DNA of 63,177 nucleotides, counting the filler, from Collodictyon triciliatum (taxonomy: Eukaryota): the NCBI GenBank assembly GCA_043381765.1. It is 5 parts of 5 records of this genome, joined end to end, with 100 filler letters (N's around TTAATTAATTAA, not from the genome) between each part and the next. Parts side by side here need not be neighbours in the genome. Positions count along the whole stretch, not along the records: positions 41,551 to 55,277 come from JBHJMP010001935.1; positions 55,378 to 63,177 come from JBHJMP010002037.1; 3 more parts are not named here. One strand, 5' to 3'. The translations under genes were made by a program, and so were the position numbers. Positions 41,720 through 59,848 of this stretch are shown here, piece after piece. The notes beneath the pieces were generated by a model. It was not told where the DNA came from, did no database searches, and saw only the letters and a list, made by a program, of their open reading frames with translations. How positions within the stretch are numbered: position 1 is the first letter of the stretch; each line of letters opens with the position of its first letter.

Positions 41720-44700
41720 ATGGACAGCAAGGAAGCCATCGAGAAGGCGCAGCGGGTTGCTGGGGCTGGATCGAAGGCGAGAATGCTGCGCAATGCCTTG
41801 CCCATTGCTCACAAGACAGTTGCGGTGAGTCTATCTCTCTTTCCTCCGTTAGGACTACTCTTGTTCGCCCCTGCTCCTCTCAACTTCCCACCCAACTTCT
41901 GGGTTTGGAAATTATCCGCCAATAGGACGGAAAGGAGAAGGGGAAACACAAACACAAACACTTCCTGATATATCAGCTCGGCAGTTTAGAAAGCCCATCT
42001 AACTTCCTCCTCGCACACAACCCTCTTCTTTCCCAGGAGACTCTCCCGGAGTCGGCTGAGATGGAGCAGATACTCGCAAGTAGGTCTTCAATGGCGTTTT
42101 TTCGTGCCCTGGAGGACCAGTTCTTTGAGCTGGTATTCCTGCTTCTGAAACAAAAAACATCTTCTGCGTGGGATAAAGTTGGTGCTTACCTAGGTCTCGC
42201 AGGAGACTTCTTCTGTATCCTTAGCAGCGATTTATTACCCACTCTACCGCGGTTTACCCAGCCTCCTCATAATCCCCTTCCCTTTCCTTAGAATACAAAT
42301 TTGATTCATACCCTCTCCTTTATTATGGAAGAGTATTCTCTCGCTCGTATAAAATTAAATTAATGAATGATTACATATTGCACCTCTAGTTTTTTCTTAA
42401 TAAGCAATCTAATTCACGATAAAAAGTTTCATTTCTCGTATGCTTTTCGACCACTATCACATGGCCTGAGTACGTCAGACCATTCCAAGTCTTCGCCGAC
42501 GGAATGCTTCTCAATGCCAGATCCATGGAAAAGACTACGCTTTACTCTGCCTTTTACTGCATTTTCGTATTCTTCCATGTCCTCCTTTCCATCACATGGA
42601 TATCAGGGTATATGATTAAGGTATTTTTAACTACCAAATTTCTTATTTCTCAACATTTTCTGATGTCTACCTGCCCCAATACCTGAATACCACATCATGG
42701 TAATGTCCGATGTGATTACAACGACTATCCAACAACAAATCATACATTCTTTGTACATAAAGAGACAAATCAGCCCGCATCCTGTTCTGTTGGCGTTCAT
42801 TCGAACATCTATATTCGGAATCGTTCATGTCTTCTTCTACCCCATATTCTCTGTAGGTTCTTTTTTTTAAATAAAAACGTGAATATAAACCCATTCATTC
42901 TATATATATGACCTATATATCCAAACAGCTGTTATCAATTTAACAAAAGTGCCTTTTTTTTGTGTCATGATTTTTGGTTTGTTTCCGATTCTTATTCATC
43001 TGAGATGTAACCTAACTTCCTGGCACTAGTGTATAATTATTTTTATTTTTTACAATCGCCCAGAATTCAAGTTTTTTTTATCGGAATGCAGGCATTTCTT
43101 GCTGTGATGAACTGTGTTGATATAGACGGCCGATATGTTATTGAAGGCATAGAGCAAGTTGTCTGCTTCGAAGGCTCGCATGTTCCACTTATCATGTTTT
43201 CTCTATGTGGTTGCGTCACACTTTTGACATTTAGCTTTGGGATGTCTCTGATGTAAGCTTTTGCTTTTTTTCACCAACAATATATTCAAGAACTGTATGT
43301 CAACTTAATTCCTAAATGATTTTTTTCAAAAATCAGATATTTTGATGCTGCGCCTTATAGTCGAAAGTATCTATCAAGGCCAAACAGTCGGCAGGAGTGT
43401 GTAATTCTTCTATCCAAAACTATATTTGTGGTGGTCAATGTCTTCTCCAAAAGTAGCGGGGTGCAATCAGGGGTTTTATTCTCTGTTAACGGAATCATCC
43501 TATCAATCTGGATTTCATATCCCATGTACCACAGATGCAGGGCAAATCAAGTCGTGCGTGTGAATTCCTAAATTAATACAAATGCCAATTTCGTCAAATA
43601 TATTTTCCATCAACCATCAACCAAAAAATTATAATTCTTCTTTATGTTCATACCAATCTAAATTAGAGAGCCATCATGTTGGCGACCAACCTATGGACTT
43701 CTTTGTTTTGCTGTGTGTACACCAATCAACCAGAATCTGACGGTGTCGGTGGATTTATTGTGTATCTTTTGGGATTTCCTATTGTTGGCTATTCTTTTTG
43801 GTGGTTATCAGGTTCTTATAAATGAACAGTTCGCATATATTGAGAACCCCACGATAAGATTTCTGATTTATTAAAAAAAAGGGGGCTAAACATAGGCCAA
43901 AGAATGTTTCTTCTGAACAAAGAGCAGATGGAAAACAAAAATATTCCAAGCTCTGACCACAAGATATTTGAAAGCCCTTTCATGGTTGAGCTGGCTACCA
44001 GAACTCCTTTGAATCCTTTGAGAGGAAAAGCTACCCTTGCCACGTAATCCGTTTAAAATGACTGAATTACGCACATCATCAACGTTTCGTTATTTTTTTC
44101 CGTTGCTGAACCGAAGGCACGGGGTTTTTAGTATCTCTATACAATATGACCTCATTGTTGCACCTTCGATCGGCTCATTATTGCATATTTTTATGAAAAA
44201 TGAATCATTCAAATCGATTACTCAATCACTTCTTTATTCCTTCAAATATCAAGATTGGAAAACACAAAGTATTTGTACCAACAAGGGATCAAAAAATTCC
44301 CCGAATCAATATACGTCCGTATCAACTATACTCTCTTCCTACTGTCATACGAAACTTACACAGACCCCAGCGAAATTCAAATGCATCTCCATGCGGTACT
44401 GTATTCATCCATTATTTTGTGTACATATTAGTAATTCTAGATTATTGACATAATGTATCACCACTTGGAGTGAAAAAAATCAAAACTTAATTTAACATCT
44501 TTGACGTGCAAAATAGGTGCTTGGTATGAGGCGTTCGAGTATTGACGAGAGATATTTGTGTTTCTACCTGAAAAAGCTATGGCAACATGATATGGAGACA
44601 AAGTATTTTAGTCCAACTGATCCACCAATATACCCCATCGCTTGAGTTTGTACCATATTTAGCGCTGAAGAATTTTTTTTCACTCAACCTTTTTGATTCT

Positions 44701-47700
44701 TGAACAAATGCATATTATCCGGAGACTCTATCCATTCAACTTGTTATCCCACTTTTGTTTCGATAGAGGCTTGGGATTTGTTGGTGATGGTATGCAAGTG
44801 ACAGACTTCATGTATTTGAAAAGGCAGATGATTCTATCAAGGTACCCTGCTATTATGAGTCTTGATTTTTTATCCGACATATAAATCATCCCCTTGGCTT
44901 TGTTTTCTTATTTCTCCTTTTAAGCTATAAATGGCTCCAATCAAAGTTATCTTCATGCGGAAGCGAAAAAATGCCTCTCGCAGTTCTGGAGAAACTTGTT
45001 AAAGCCTGGCATCAGTGAATTTCAAATCGAGAGTAAAGCAGAAGATTTTGAAGTCCTGGAGAAGATGGCTCTTTCGTGCTATGAAGGAATCCTGAAGAAA
45101 TTTCCAAGGAACAAAGAGGTCCTTCGGTCCTTTGGTCAGTTCTGGATGGACATATATCGCAACGATAAAATCGCTGGAGAGTATTTCTCTCTCGCAGATG
45201 AAATCGAGGAAGAGGAAAGTCAGGTGATGGAAAAAAAAAAATTATCCATCATAATCTAACGAAGGATTGTTTCAATCGTGAAAACCTAAAGTGTGAGTCA
45301 ATTAATTTGTTCTCGAAAAAATTGAATAACAGAGGCACTCTAAGGCCAGGTATGAAGGAGGTCCTTCAACTGGGAATATCTCCCATGTTCCATTTCATGA
45401 AACTTCCACAGATGGTGGGCCTATGAACGTAATGCCTTCATCATCTCATTTGATAATTTCATCTTCTATATAACTGGTACCCATGTTTTCATCAATTAAT
45501 ATTTATTCATTTATTACATAAAGTATAATTAAAATATTAGAAACTATCTGCCCTCCCTGAGATAGAGAAGACAAAAAAGCGTGCGGTGGATAACGAAAGC
45601 ATTTCTGAATATACAACATCTAGTAAAGAGAAATCACGGTAATTTCCTTTATCAAAATCGGTAATACTAAATGCTAACTGATATAACTGAATACGGCCCT
45701 GTAGATTGAGGCTGCTTAAAGGTAGAATAAAACAAATACAGAACATAGACATTGCAATGGAGTCCCCTGCTGTGATTAAATTCTCTCGTATTCTTGCGAT
45801 AATGCAGATTCTCCTCTTTGTTGTTCCACTAACAGGTTTTTCTTTTTCTGATATGGCCATGTTCATTCTGTGTAAAAATTTATTTCTTTTTTGATTTATT
45901 CAATTCAAGGATAAAATTATATTTCTTAATTCATTCACCAGACTATACTTCAATTAAAATTATTGTGAATTTTTGTATGGCATAACCTCGCTGCAATTTG
46001 AATCGAATAGAAGGGGAAAAAATGATTGTGATTTGTAAGGATTTTATCATCTAAAATGGCGGTCAAATATCCCACTTTTAGGCTTTGCCGTTTTTACAAA
46101 ATCGTTAAAACTCCTTCAATATAACGCTGAAGTATTGGAATCAGTGCACCAGCAGATTGGTAGATTTGAACAAATTACATATTCAGTTCGGTCTCAGATT
46201 CTCAACCACGAGGTTTTGTTCATATTTGGTTTGATAACTAAACATGATAATTGTACTATAAATGCACATCATTGTTTGATATTAAACATTTACTTAAGGG
46301 ATTATCCTTTAGATTATCCTTTTGGGACCGGGTCACTATGGATGTTCATCGATTGATAACTGCATAATAGAATCTAGAGGAAATGTCTCTGTTGAAATAT
46401 CTGACTTTCTAACTGCAAATATTATGCTATACAAGGACCTAAACCCATCATTCGAAGGAATTAGGGAGTATCTATCGAAAGGTCCTATCAACCTCGTTTT
46501 CTACACAGGCTCTGAATTGGAACCGAGAAATGAACAACTGAGTTTTCTGGAAGCAATAAATTATTATGGAACAGCAGCAAGTGATGTCATATCTGAGAGT
46601 GAGATATTTTTTCTGTCAGAAATGTGATAAATGTTCATTGCTTCAGAGTGCACTCACTTTTTTTTAAAAAAAAATGTAATTAAGGTCTACGAGCTAACCT
46701 TACCAAAGACCCAAATTATTTATTTGTCGTAAATAACGGGCCAAGTACCATTTTTAATGGTCTCATTCATCTTGAAAGATTGGTCTTGGAACAAGAGATA
46801 TTCTTGATGAATGAGTTTTTTGTCATATTTGGCTCTCTGATGGGGGTGATTGTCCTCAGTATACCATTGTTGGCTCTCGTTTGGATTCCTAATTATGTAA
46901 AAGTCCGTGAAGAAATCAGTGCTCTCGGTAAACTACGTACAATTCCCAGGGCAGGTAATTTTCATGAATTCCCTCCATAGTTGGGATTGTTTCATGCTTT
47001 TTTTCCCTTTATTCGATTCAAAGTGGGATTATTTCATGCTATCAATGATAACGCACTTGCATTAATTTACAACCTCATTCGAATAATTATACAAGGAATT
47101 TAATGTTATAAACCCACCAGAAATCATCGGAATGTGTCAGCTGTATCGTTCAAGCAAAGAATCATCCGAAGATGATGATATCGGAAATTATGTGATGAGC
47201 ACTCGAGTTTTAAAAAGGACCTATACATATCAAAGAGTTTCTGTCCTATGTTCTATTTTCCTGGCTATGATTGGATTCACTATCATCATTTCGTTAGGAA
47301 TCAGTCAAGCATCCATGTATATAAACCCTTGATTTTATTTTAAAAGTTTTTTCCTTTATTCGATTTTTTATTTTAAAAGTTGAATAAAAACATTGACTAA
47401 ATAGGGGTTACTATTGTGTGAATCGATTAATATGTATTATTTGCCATTTACTTAAATATATTACAAAAATAAGGCTATCTCCAAGGACGAGTGAAGCCTC
47501 TCTTCGAAAATCATACAGTGCGTCCGCATATTACAAACTCCGAGATATGTATCTACACCCGAGCGTGACCGAGGAAATGAGACAGGACCTAGAAAATATG
47601 AGAGAGGTACGTACTGCGAATAATACAAATAAAACAGCATACATTTATCACACATTTATTTCGTTAATTCTTTAAAATATAGAATATGATGAGAACCAAT

Positions 47701-48563
47701 AACAAGTTGGTCATGGTGGCGTGGGATAATCCAGAGGAAGAGAAACTACTTTTTGAGTCTTGCTCCGATGAAATCAGTATTGGCATACAAAGATATATCG
47801 TAGACTTTATGTTTAGGACCATGCAGGTATGACTACAAACGTTTAAATACCTTGATGATTTATTTCTGTTCCCCAAATCCGACTTACAATAATCTCGTGC
47901 GTCGTCAACATCCTGCCTCACAACGCTCTCTTTCCTATATGCATCCCCACTCACATGTTATGAATTTAACAACTTAATCAAGGAATCATACAAAGCTCTG
48001 CAACTCCCTTATCTCGACAGAATTAAGATTGCAGCTCTCAACTATTCCTATACCAGTTTTGATGGTGTTGTGATGGAATGCATGTTAAATATCCAAAAGT
48101 ATTACCACGAGACTTCCATTCAGACTCGGGAGGATACTAAGGTCCGAGGAAACCTTTACTTCTGGGTCGTATGGCCCATATTTTTTTTCACGTTTGGTAA
48201 GTGATACATCTTTCAAACACTTGGCAAATTTTAACAACAGAATTTAAAGAACCTTTCGCTGAAATGAAAAATTATATGAAAGGATACTATCTTCCAAAAC
48301 TTTTCCGAAGTGCTGTCAGAAATACAGCACCCAGATCAGCAAGGATTTTGAAGATGATTCCAATCCACGTGATTGAATCCAGTCCTATTCTGAAGGATTA
48401 CGTGATAGATACTGGTATTATTGAGCTCGACAAGTTTGGCGACAGCACGAATAAATCTCGTACAAATGATAGCGAGGGAGAATTGATCAGCGTAAGTCGA
48501 CCCAATTCTTGTGCAGATAGCAGAGGTAACGGATTACATAGTTCTACATTACCTAATTTGTAA
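41720..48563 (+). CDS. TmcB/TmcC (tiny macrocysts)-like multi-pass membrane protein
   Basis: N-terminal TM bundle with a luminal C..VCFEGSH loop, FESPFMVELATR, YQQGIKKFPESIYVRINY, YEGILKKFPRNKEVLRSFGQF, LFVVNNGP, C-terminal RILKMIPIHVI; stop at 48563. No PAS domain seen; true start uncertain. Confidence 0.7.
45972..46022 (+). mobile_element. Family A copy, longer form (about 50 nt)
   Basis: TTTGTATGGCATAACCTCGCTGCAATTTGAATCGAATAGAAGGGGAAAAAA aligns to 20614-20653; degenerate TSD AAAATTATTGTGAATTT / AAAATGATTGTGATTT. Confidence 0.8.
46999..47023 (-). mobile_element. Micro retro-insertion, family A (25 nt)
   Basis: 17-bp TSD TGGGATT(G/A)TTTCATGCT at 46982-46998 and 47024-47040. Confidence 0.88.
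47349..47365 (-). mobile_element. Micro retro-insertion, family A (about 17 nt)
   Basis: 16-bp perfect TSD TTTTATTTTAAAAGTT at 47333-47348 and 47366-47381. Confidence 0.8.
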
Positions 48564-48603
48564 TTTTTCCTCGTTATTATAATTAGTAGTAGTGGTAGTA
48601 AAC

Positions 48604-48652
<49 letters not shown>

Positions 48653-49029
48653 NNNNNNNNNNNNNNNNNNNNNNNNNNNNNNNNNNNNNNNNNNNNNNNN
48701 NNNNNNNNNNNNNNNNNNNNNNNNNNNNNNNNNNNNNNNNNNNNNNNNNNNNNNNNNNNNNNNNNNNNNNNNNNNNNNNNNNNNNNNNNNNNNNNNNNNN
48801 NNNNNNNNNNNNNNNNNNNNNNNNNNNNNNNNNNNNNNNNNNNNNNNNNNNNNNNNNNNNNNNNNNNNNNNNNNNNNNNNNNNNNNNNNNNNNNNNNNNN
48901 NNNNNNNNNNNNNNNNNNNNNNNNNNNNNNNNNNNNNNNNNNNNNNNNNNNTTTGGTAACCCATTATTATTCATCGGTTTTACACGATATTGTTTTCAAA
49001 TTCCTTAATATTTACTGATTTTTTTTAGA

Positions 49030-52000
49030 GTCTCGAAAATGGGTTTGGAAGGGGATGGCTAAGTTGTATATCAATCAGCCATATCCGAGACAGAATGCAG
49101 TATTGGTTTCTTTTAATAATAGCGTGTATCTTTTTGGGGGAGTTGGAAAATACCCCAGAGTTGAATCGACTTTGTGGAGATTTGACTTGGGTTGGCCTTT
49201 TTATTTTTATTTAATAACCAAACACTTCGTCTGTAGTTCAGTTGAATAAATCATGCTTTGATGTATTTTACTCTATTGTAAAAGCCAAATTTTGTAATAA
49301 TTGATGAATGTTGTAAAACTAAAAGGAACAGAAGAATGGTCTAGCAACCATTTGAGTCACAATTTACTAGCAAACGAGCGTCCTCATGTAAGACAAGGGA
49401 TTTTGTATTACACTAATGGACCTGTCGTATGGATGTTTGGAGGAATTGTAATAATTCATCCTGAATTTCCCATTTTTAAGTTATCAAGATCTATGCATAA
49501 AGTGGTGCATGTTTCAATTAATGATGTTTCATCCTTTTTATACATAATTAGATTCCCTTTCAAGGAATGGAAGCCGAGAATTATGGAACCCTGTTTTGCT
49601 TAAATGTTTCAGGGTCATATTTAAGAGGAATACGCCCCAGCAGAGCCCAGCCGGTTTTCATCCACCACCCCTATTTTTCCTTTAAATTTAGATTGAAACA
49701 TTAAATAAGTGTTCACTTCATAGAGCTCAAGGCGATTTGGTACTTTGACGGAATACATGAATTATCTATGGATATTTGGTGGAAAAACATTTGGAAATAT
49801 TGAACTCCTTGATCTTTGGAGATTTGATATAGGTACTCAATACTATTGTATTTTTCAATGATTCGTGGGCTGGATTGTGTTGTATTATACATGTAAAATT
49901 CAAGATGAACTAGGCGTTAATTCATAATATGTATTTCGTAGCTATTGAATCCTGGACCTTTGTAATGAAGATCGATTCGGTTATGCCGTCATTTTATGGC
50001 TTATTGCCTATGGGCAAATTCATTCTGATGTTAAACACTGATAGAAATTTCTTGATGTCCGATTATTGGCTAATTGACTTGGGTTTTGATTGTTTACATC
50101 ATTTATATACAATTTGAAATGAACCGAAACTTCATCATGATATTTACATTCATTCCAGACGAATTCGACTTTGTCATAACTATGATTAAGAAATCCAATA
50201 TTTAAAACATACGGAGATATCAGATTCTTACGGTTGAAATTTTACGTTTTTATACTAGAGTCTATGAAATACCAACCCGGTGCCTCCAATTACCTGTTGA
50301 AATCGATACAGGCCAATCCATCGTCTCTGATGATACATAACAATTCTGTGGTGGCATATGGGGGGCAACTTGGCCTTTCTATATCTGATAAATTCATTTA
50401 CTTCCAACCATGTAATTTCAGCTTCTATTTTTCTTTTGATAGAGAAAGATATTAATCGGAATTATATTTTATATCTGGGTTGCCGATGAAAGCTTTTTGT
50501 GAGTCCCAAATAGCTTTGAGGATAAATGGCTCCATGAAAATGCAAGAATTTGATGACGGAAGTGGGGCTTTGCCATATCTTTCCAGCTCCCAATGTCGAT
50601 GGTCTATATACCATTCGACAATCTTAAAAATACGATATTGTATTTCTGAAGATACGAGGTACACTTATGTTTTGAATTTAGCAACTATCTAAGTCAAGTA
50701 ATTTTAACACTTTTTGGATCCTTATCAGGAGGGGGGTTTAAGCTATAGGATATAAATCAAATTTAGATTCATAGTCCATACTCTTGATGCTCATCGAAGT
50801 GGGATTGTGTGGTCGAAAATTCTTCGGGGGTGTAAAGCTTATGAAGAAATTAGAAATGAAGTTGGTGGATTTTTGGTCGAATTTTCGGCTGTTGGTCCTG
50901 GGAAAAATGGGACATATGGCTTTCAAATATCACATATGGGTGATAATTCTAAAACACTTATGCATCATGAGAAAATACTCACTTTTTTCGTTATTAACCC
51001 TTTTTGAAGCAGATTGAATTTATTGTAATCCATCCTTTTTCTTAGCCTGTCCTATAAATTCCGTACAGTCAAGTAGCGATTCTTGTGCGTGCAAGAAAGG
51101 GTTCTACGAATCAACGTCCACTCCTGTATGCATTCCCTGTAATCACAATGATTTGGAGGTTTGTGTCTGAAATACAATGAAACTACTGCGCAGATATTAA
51201 TAATTGTTCAAAGCCATAAAGATTGCAGTTTCCGAATGTGTAAATATGATTTATTATTTTATCCCTTTAGAAAAATTGCCAGATTGACAATCACTCATCT
51301 GAAGAGCGTGAGTTTCATTTTTGTATACCGATGGTAGCAAGTTTCTTTGTGTCTTTGTAAAAAATGGACTGTGTCATGAAATAAAATTAAGCTTACATGT
51401 ACATTTTATAATTTAGGCAAAGACGAACGAATTCTTATAATATCTCTACCAGTGGGAATATTCTGTGCAGCGGTTATAGTTGTCTCCTTCAAATTTGCGT
51501 TGATATATACTCGGAAAATAAGACTTCAGAATAAGAAAAATTGGCGTCGACTATTGTACATTCCAATCGACCAGCTGCAGTTCGGGGAATGCTTGGGAAC
51601 TGGTTGTATTGGTCAAGTATTGATATGATTCATTCAATATCGTTCTGGAAGCCCCAATTTTAATTTTGTAAATACAATTATAATTACACAACGCCTTTCT
51701 ACAATTATAAGAAAACCTCCATATCATTTTGTTAAGGTTTATGAAGGAAAGTTTCGTGGAAATAGAGCTGCAATAAAGAAAATTGCTGTGAACAAGTTTT
51801 CTGCAAATATAGAAAAGGACATCGAGGATATTATTGAAATAATTTCGTAGGATTTTATTTACTAGATAAGATTATAATATAGATTTTATGACGAATGCTC
51901 TTCAAATTATTAGGAATTTGAGACATCCTTTCATTTTATTGTACATGGGAACAACCGTAACCACCGATTTTCTTTATGTTATCAATGAGCTTATGCCCAA

Positions 52001-55000
52001 CGGATCCTTATTTTCTTGGATTGAAAGTAATCCTCGAATATCGTTTAAATCGAAGCTTTCTATATTAGTCGATGTGTCCCAAGGTACGAGAACAATACTT
52101 TATTTGCTTTCATCTAATACTGCAATTAATATTTTAATTTATTTTTTTCGCTGTCAGCCATACAATTTCTGCATTCGTTTCAGCCTGCCATCATCCATGG
52201 GAATTTGACCAGCTCAAACATACTCGTATGGCTTTGTTATTATTGTTATCGTCATCATCATTACCATCGTCATCATCATCACCACCACCATCATCATTAT
52301 CATCATCATCATCATTACTGTCGCTATTGTAAAAATAATATGGATAAAGGATCAATCACTATGTTATTATTCATCAACTTTTGTTTGATTTTTCACTTCA
52401 ATTTATTGATTTAAAGTTGGGGGAAGGATTCAGTGCAAAAGTTAGGTTTGAACTTTTTATTGTAATACTTTGGGTCATAGTACTGCTTTTCTGTCATTAA
52501 ATCGAATATATATGACCATATAAAATTTAAACTTTTCATAAGATTAACATTAATTTCTCTAATATGAACTTAAGTGACATAAGCATAATGTCTTCAATAA
52601 CGGAGAGAAAGAATCAAAAGTATACCAAAGTTCCCTGGATTTCGCCAGAAACTCTGGGTGGGCAGGAGAGCACATTTCTATCTGATTCCTACAGTTATGC
52701 TATTATCATATGGGAGCTGATGGCATGGAATAGACCATATCCGGATGTGGAAGATTATAGGAGCCTTATTTACCCTATTGTCTACGAGTTTAAGCGTCCA
52801 CCTGTACCAAGTAACTGTCACTACGAATTGAGCATACTAATGGAAAAAAATTGGGCCATTGACCCAAGTAAAAGGACAAAGTTCAGTCAAATTACGGATA
52901 TTCTAAAAGTGAGTTGATTAATTATTTTTTTTAAAAAAAAATAAGGTTTTATGAGTCGATATATAAAGTATTGAAATTGTCTTTTTTTTTCTCGAATATT
53001 TAGAAAATTATCTCTGAGGAAGAAGAAACTTCGTCAGAAAAGGCAAGTATAATATTCTTTTATTTGCACATATCTTATTTATAGAAGTTGTAATCTATGC
53101 AACATGTTACATTCGTTTGTGCATTTTTTTGTTCCTTTCAAATATTTCGGTAATTGTTATATTTTGCCTATACGTTTGTATACAGAGAAGTGATTCGTTA
53201 GTTCATAAGGAGAAAGAAAAGGAAAAAGCAGTGGTTGTTTTATTGATTGAAAACCTATCCTTGCTATACATGGAATTCCCTACCATGATAGGAGATATTC
53301 TTTTGATGTTTAACAACATAGTCAAAAAAGTATGTGGTCTATTACGCATGTATAAGGACCGTGTAACGCTTATTTAATTAATTTTTTGAAGATGTGAGTA
53401 TGATAAATATACATATAGAAAGCAAAATCCAGCTCTGGTATTATGGGGAGAACGACAAAAAATCACGTGGCTGTTGTTTTTGAAAAGCCTTGGATGGCAG
53501 TCAAGTAAACGCATATCGACAACTCACATACAACTCAACTTTAGTTCTATATCTCAAGAAAAGTCTGTTTTAGGTTTGCTGTTGCTGTTAGACAAGAGTT
53601 AGCCAATGCGAACTGGCCTCCAGTCTTTTCAAACTCACGACTAATGCAATCGTCAATTAGTGGATATTTTCGGGGCCTTCGAGCAAAGATAGTTGATATT
53701 TGATTCATATTTTTAAAATTCTTTGAAAAAATCAGAGAAAAGAGCCCTGTTGATTCACGCAAAATTTTTTTAGGGAATTGTAATGTCCCCTGGTGATACA
53801 CAGCAAATCACTGATGACTCTAACGGAATGATAAAAATGAAAGTAGGATTGTTTTAGTCATAATGATGCGTTTAAGCAACACAACATCTTGATAATTCTT
53901 CATAAAATTTAGTCACTTGGTTGTTATCCAGTTGAATGCTAAATTATATATCTAAAATACAATAGTAGTAATTGAAATTGAAATTATAGTAGTTATAGTA
54001 ATAGTAATAAAAAAATCATATATTTAGATAAGCTCTAGTGCTGATAGACTCGCTCGTCTATGTCTTGGCGGTCAAATAATAGCATCAAAAGACATCTACG
54101 AGGTAGAAATGGAAATTCATCCTTTCTCATCATTTAGAGATGGAAATTTTGTGGTTAAAAGTAATTCAACTTCAGAGCTCAAGTTCACTTTCCGACCTAT
54201 CAAGTCTCAGTTGGTCAATATCAGAGTCTGCCAAAGCAAGAGATGGATTAAATGCATATATTGTAAACATAAACCTACATCGTAGCAATATGTATAAGAA
54301 AAAAATATTTGAACTGGCATGGTGGCGAGTCTATATCATTTTTGTAAAGTATTTGTAATTCACTACTATAAAGATTCACATATCAAAGCCTGCATAAGAT
54401 TAAAGGAAAAATGAATTCCACAGGTGTCTTGTAGCCAGACTTATATTATGGAGGAATTTTTCAGAAAGTTAAACAAATTTGTCGACATTGACAACATAAA
54501 TACAGTAAGTTACCCTTTTTTTCTAAGAGAACTACTTAAAAACATGTCAAATAACTGCTCTAATTGTCGCTTTATATCACCAATTTTTCTTTCTAGATAT
54601 GCCAACCACACCCGACAAGTATTATCGAATCTGGTTAGAATTTTATTGAATGAACAAAAGAAAAACATTCATTACGTGCAATTAGATTCGAAATGAATCA
54701 TAATGTTTTTTTTCAGGAATTGCAGCGTTATCTTCTGACCAAATGCAAGTGCATATCTCCAACAAGCATGAGGCCGTGATGTGCTTGTCTTTTGGAGTTA
54801 TCGGTACTCGTCAGTTTGTCGAGATACAGGTATTTGTTTCCAAAGAGATGGCGTGCACTCCAAGCATATTTATATTGCCCTCACAATATGCAGGGATTTT
54901 GAGAAAGAAACCACTTGAAACTATTCACCAGTTGCATTTGTTGCTAGGAGTCATGTTTCGTTTTGCAAAAGGTGGTCTTGGCACGAAAAAATTTTGTGAT

Positions 55001-55030
55001 GACAGAATCTGTCCAAAAATTACTAGATGA
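49030..55030 (+). CDS. Single-pass receptor: kelch repeats, CUB-like and Cys-rich modules, TM, TKL-type kinase-like domain, class III nucleotide cyclase-like domain (5' end in the gap)
   Basis: VYLFGG/VWMFGG/LWIFGG..DLWRFD; SSQCRWSI; CACKKGFY; TM ILIISLPVGIFCAAVIVVSF; LGTGCIGQVYEG, AIKK, LRHPFILLYMG, HGNLTSSNIL, WISPE; NWPP..FRGLRAKIGI, LGGQII. Confidence 0.78.
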
Positions 55031-55277
55031 AATTAAGTATAGGATGCAAATTAAAATCATTTTCTACAATTGTTTATGTTATCACAATAGTTCATCTTGA
55101 AATAAATTGAAATAGCGGTGGCTGTCCAGTTTTTTGTCTTTGTCTTTGTTTTTGTCTTTGTTTTTGTCTTTATCTTTATCTTTGTTTTTGTTTTTGTTTT
55201 TGTTTTTGTTTTTGTTTTTGTTTTTGTTTTTGTTTTTGTTTTTGTTTTTGTTTTTGTTTTTGTTTTTGTTTTTGTTT

Positions 55278-55377
55278 NNNNNNNNNNNNNNNNNNNNNNN
55301 NNNNNNNNNNNNNNNNNNNNNTTAATTAATTAANNNNNNNNNNNNNNNNNNNNNNNNNNNNNNNNNNNNNNNNNNNN
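55278..55377. other. Artificial scaffold linker
   Basis: N44-TTAATTAATTAA-N44. Confidence 0.97.
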
Positions 55378-55759
55378 CAGCAGACAGGCACGAACTCACA
55401 GAGGCAAGCATGTTTGCAGCAGTGCCCGCAACAGCCGTGGAGGCAGCCGGGAGGTAGTTTGAGGCGTGGGCCGAGAGCTTGGCCATGAACAGATTGCAAA
55501 GAACGGCCGCGGCAGCGAAGCCGGCCAAGACAAGAGCCCCTGTGGAAGGCATGCGAGGCCGAGTGAGTCTCTGCTGGGTTAAGAAACTCTGGTCGTGTTT
55601 GCGTGTTTGTATCTTTGTGTGAGAGTTCTGCGGCTGGCTCAAACCAGAGGTGTTGTCCGTGAGGCTGCTCTTGCCGATGGCGCCGGTGCATGCGCCCAGG
55701 AAGCCCGAGGAAAAGGCGAGGGCGATCCCTTTTTTCTGCTCTGCGCTTAGTGCGTTCAT
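55378..55759 (-). CDS. TMEM42-like small DMT-superfamily membrane protein (3' truncated)
   Basis: ALAFSSGFLGACTGAIGK...LCNLFM...STAVAGTAANMLAS resembles TMEM42. Confidence 0.55.
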
Positions 55760-55848
55760 GTGGCAAGCGTTTCTTGGGCTCTATGGGGTCTTGTGCTTTG
55801 GCTCCGTGCGGGTGTTTTTGCTTCCTATTTCTTTTCTTTTTCTTCTGT

Positions 55849-59848
<4,000 letters not shown>

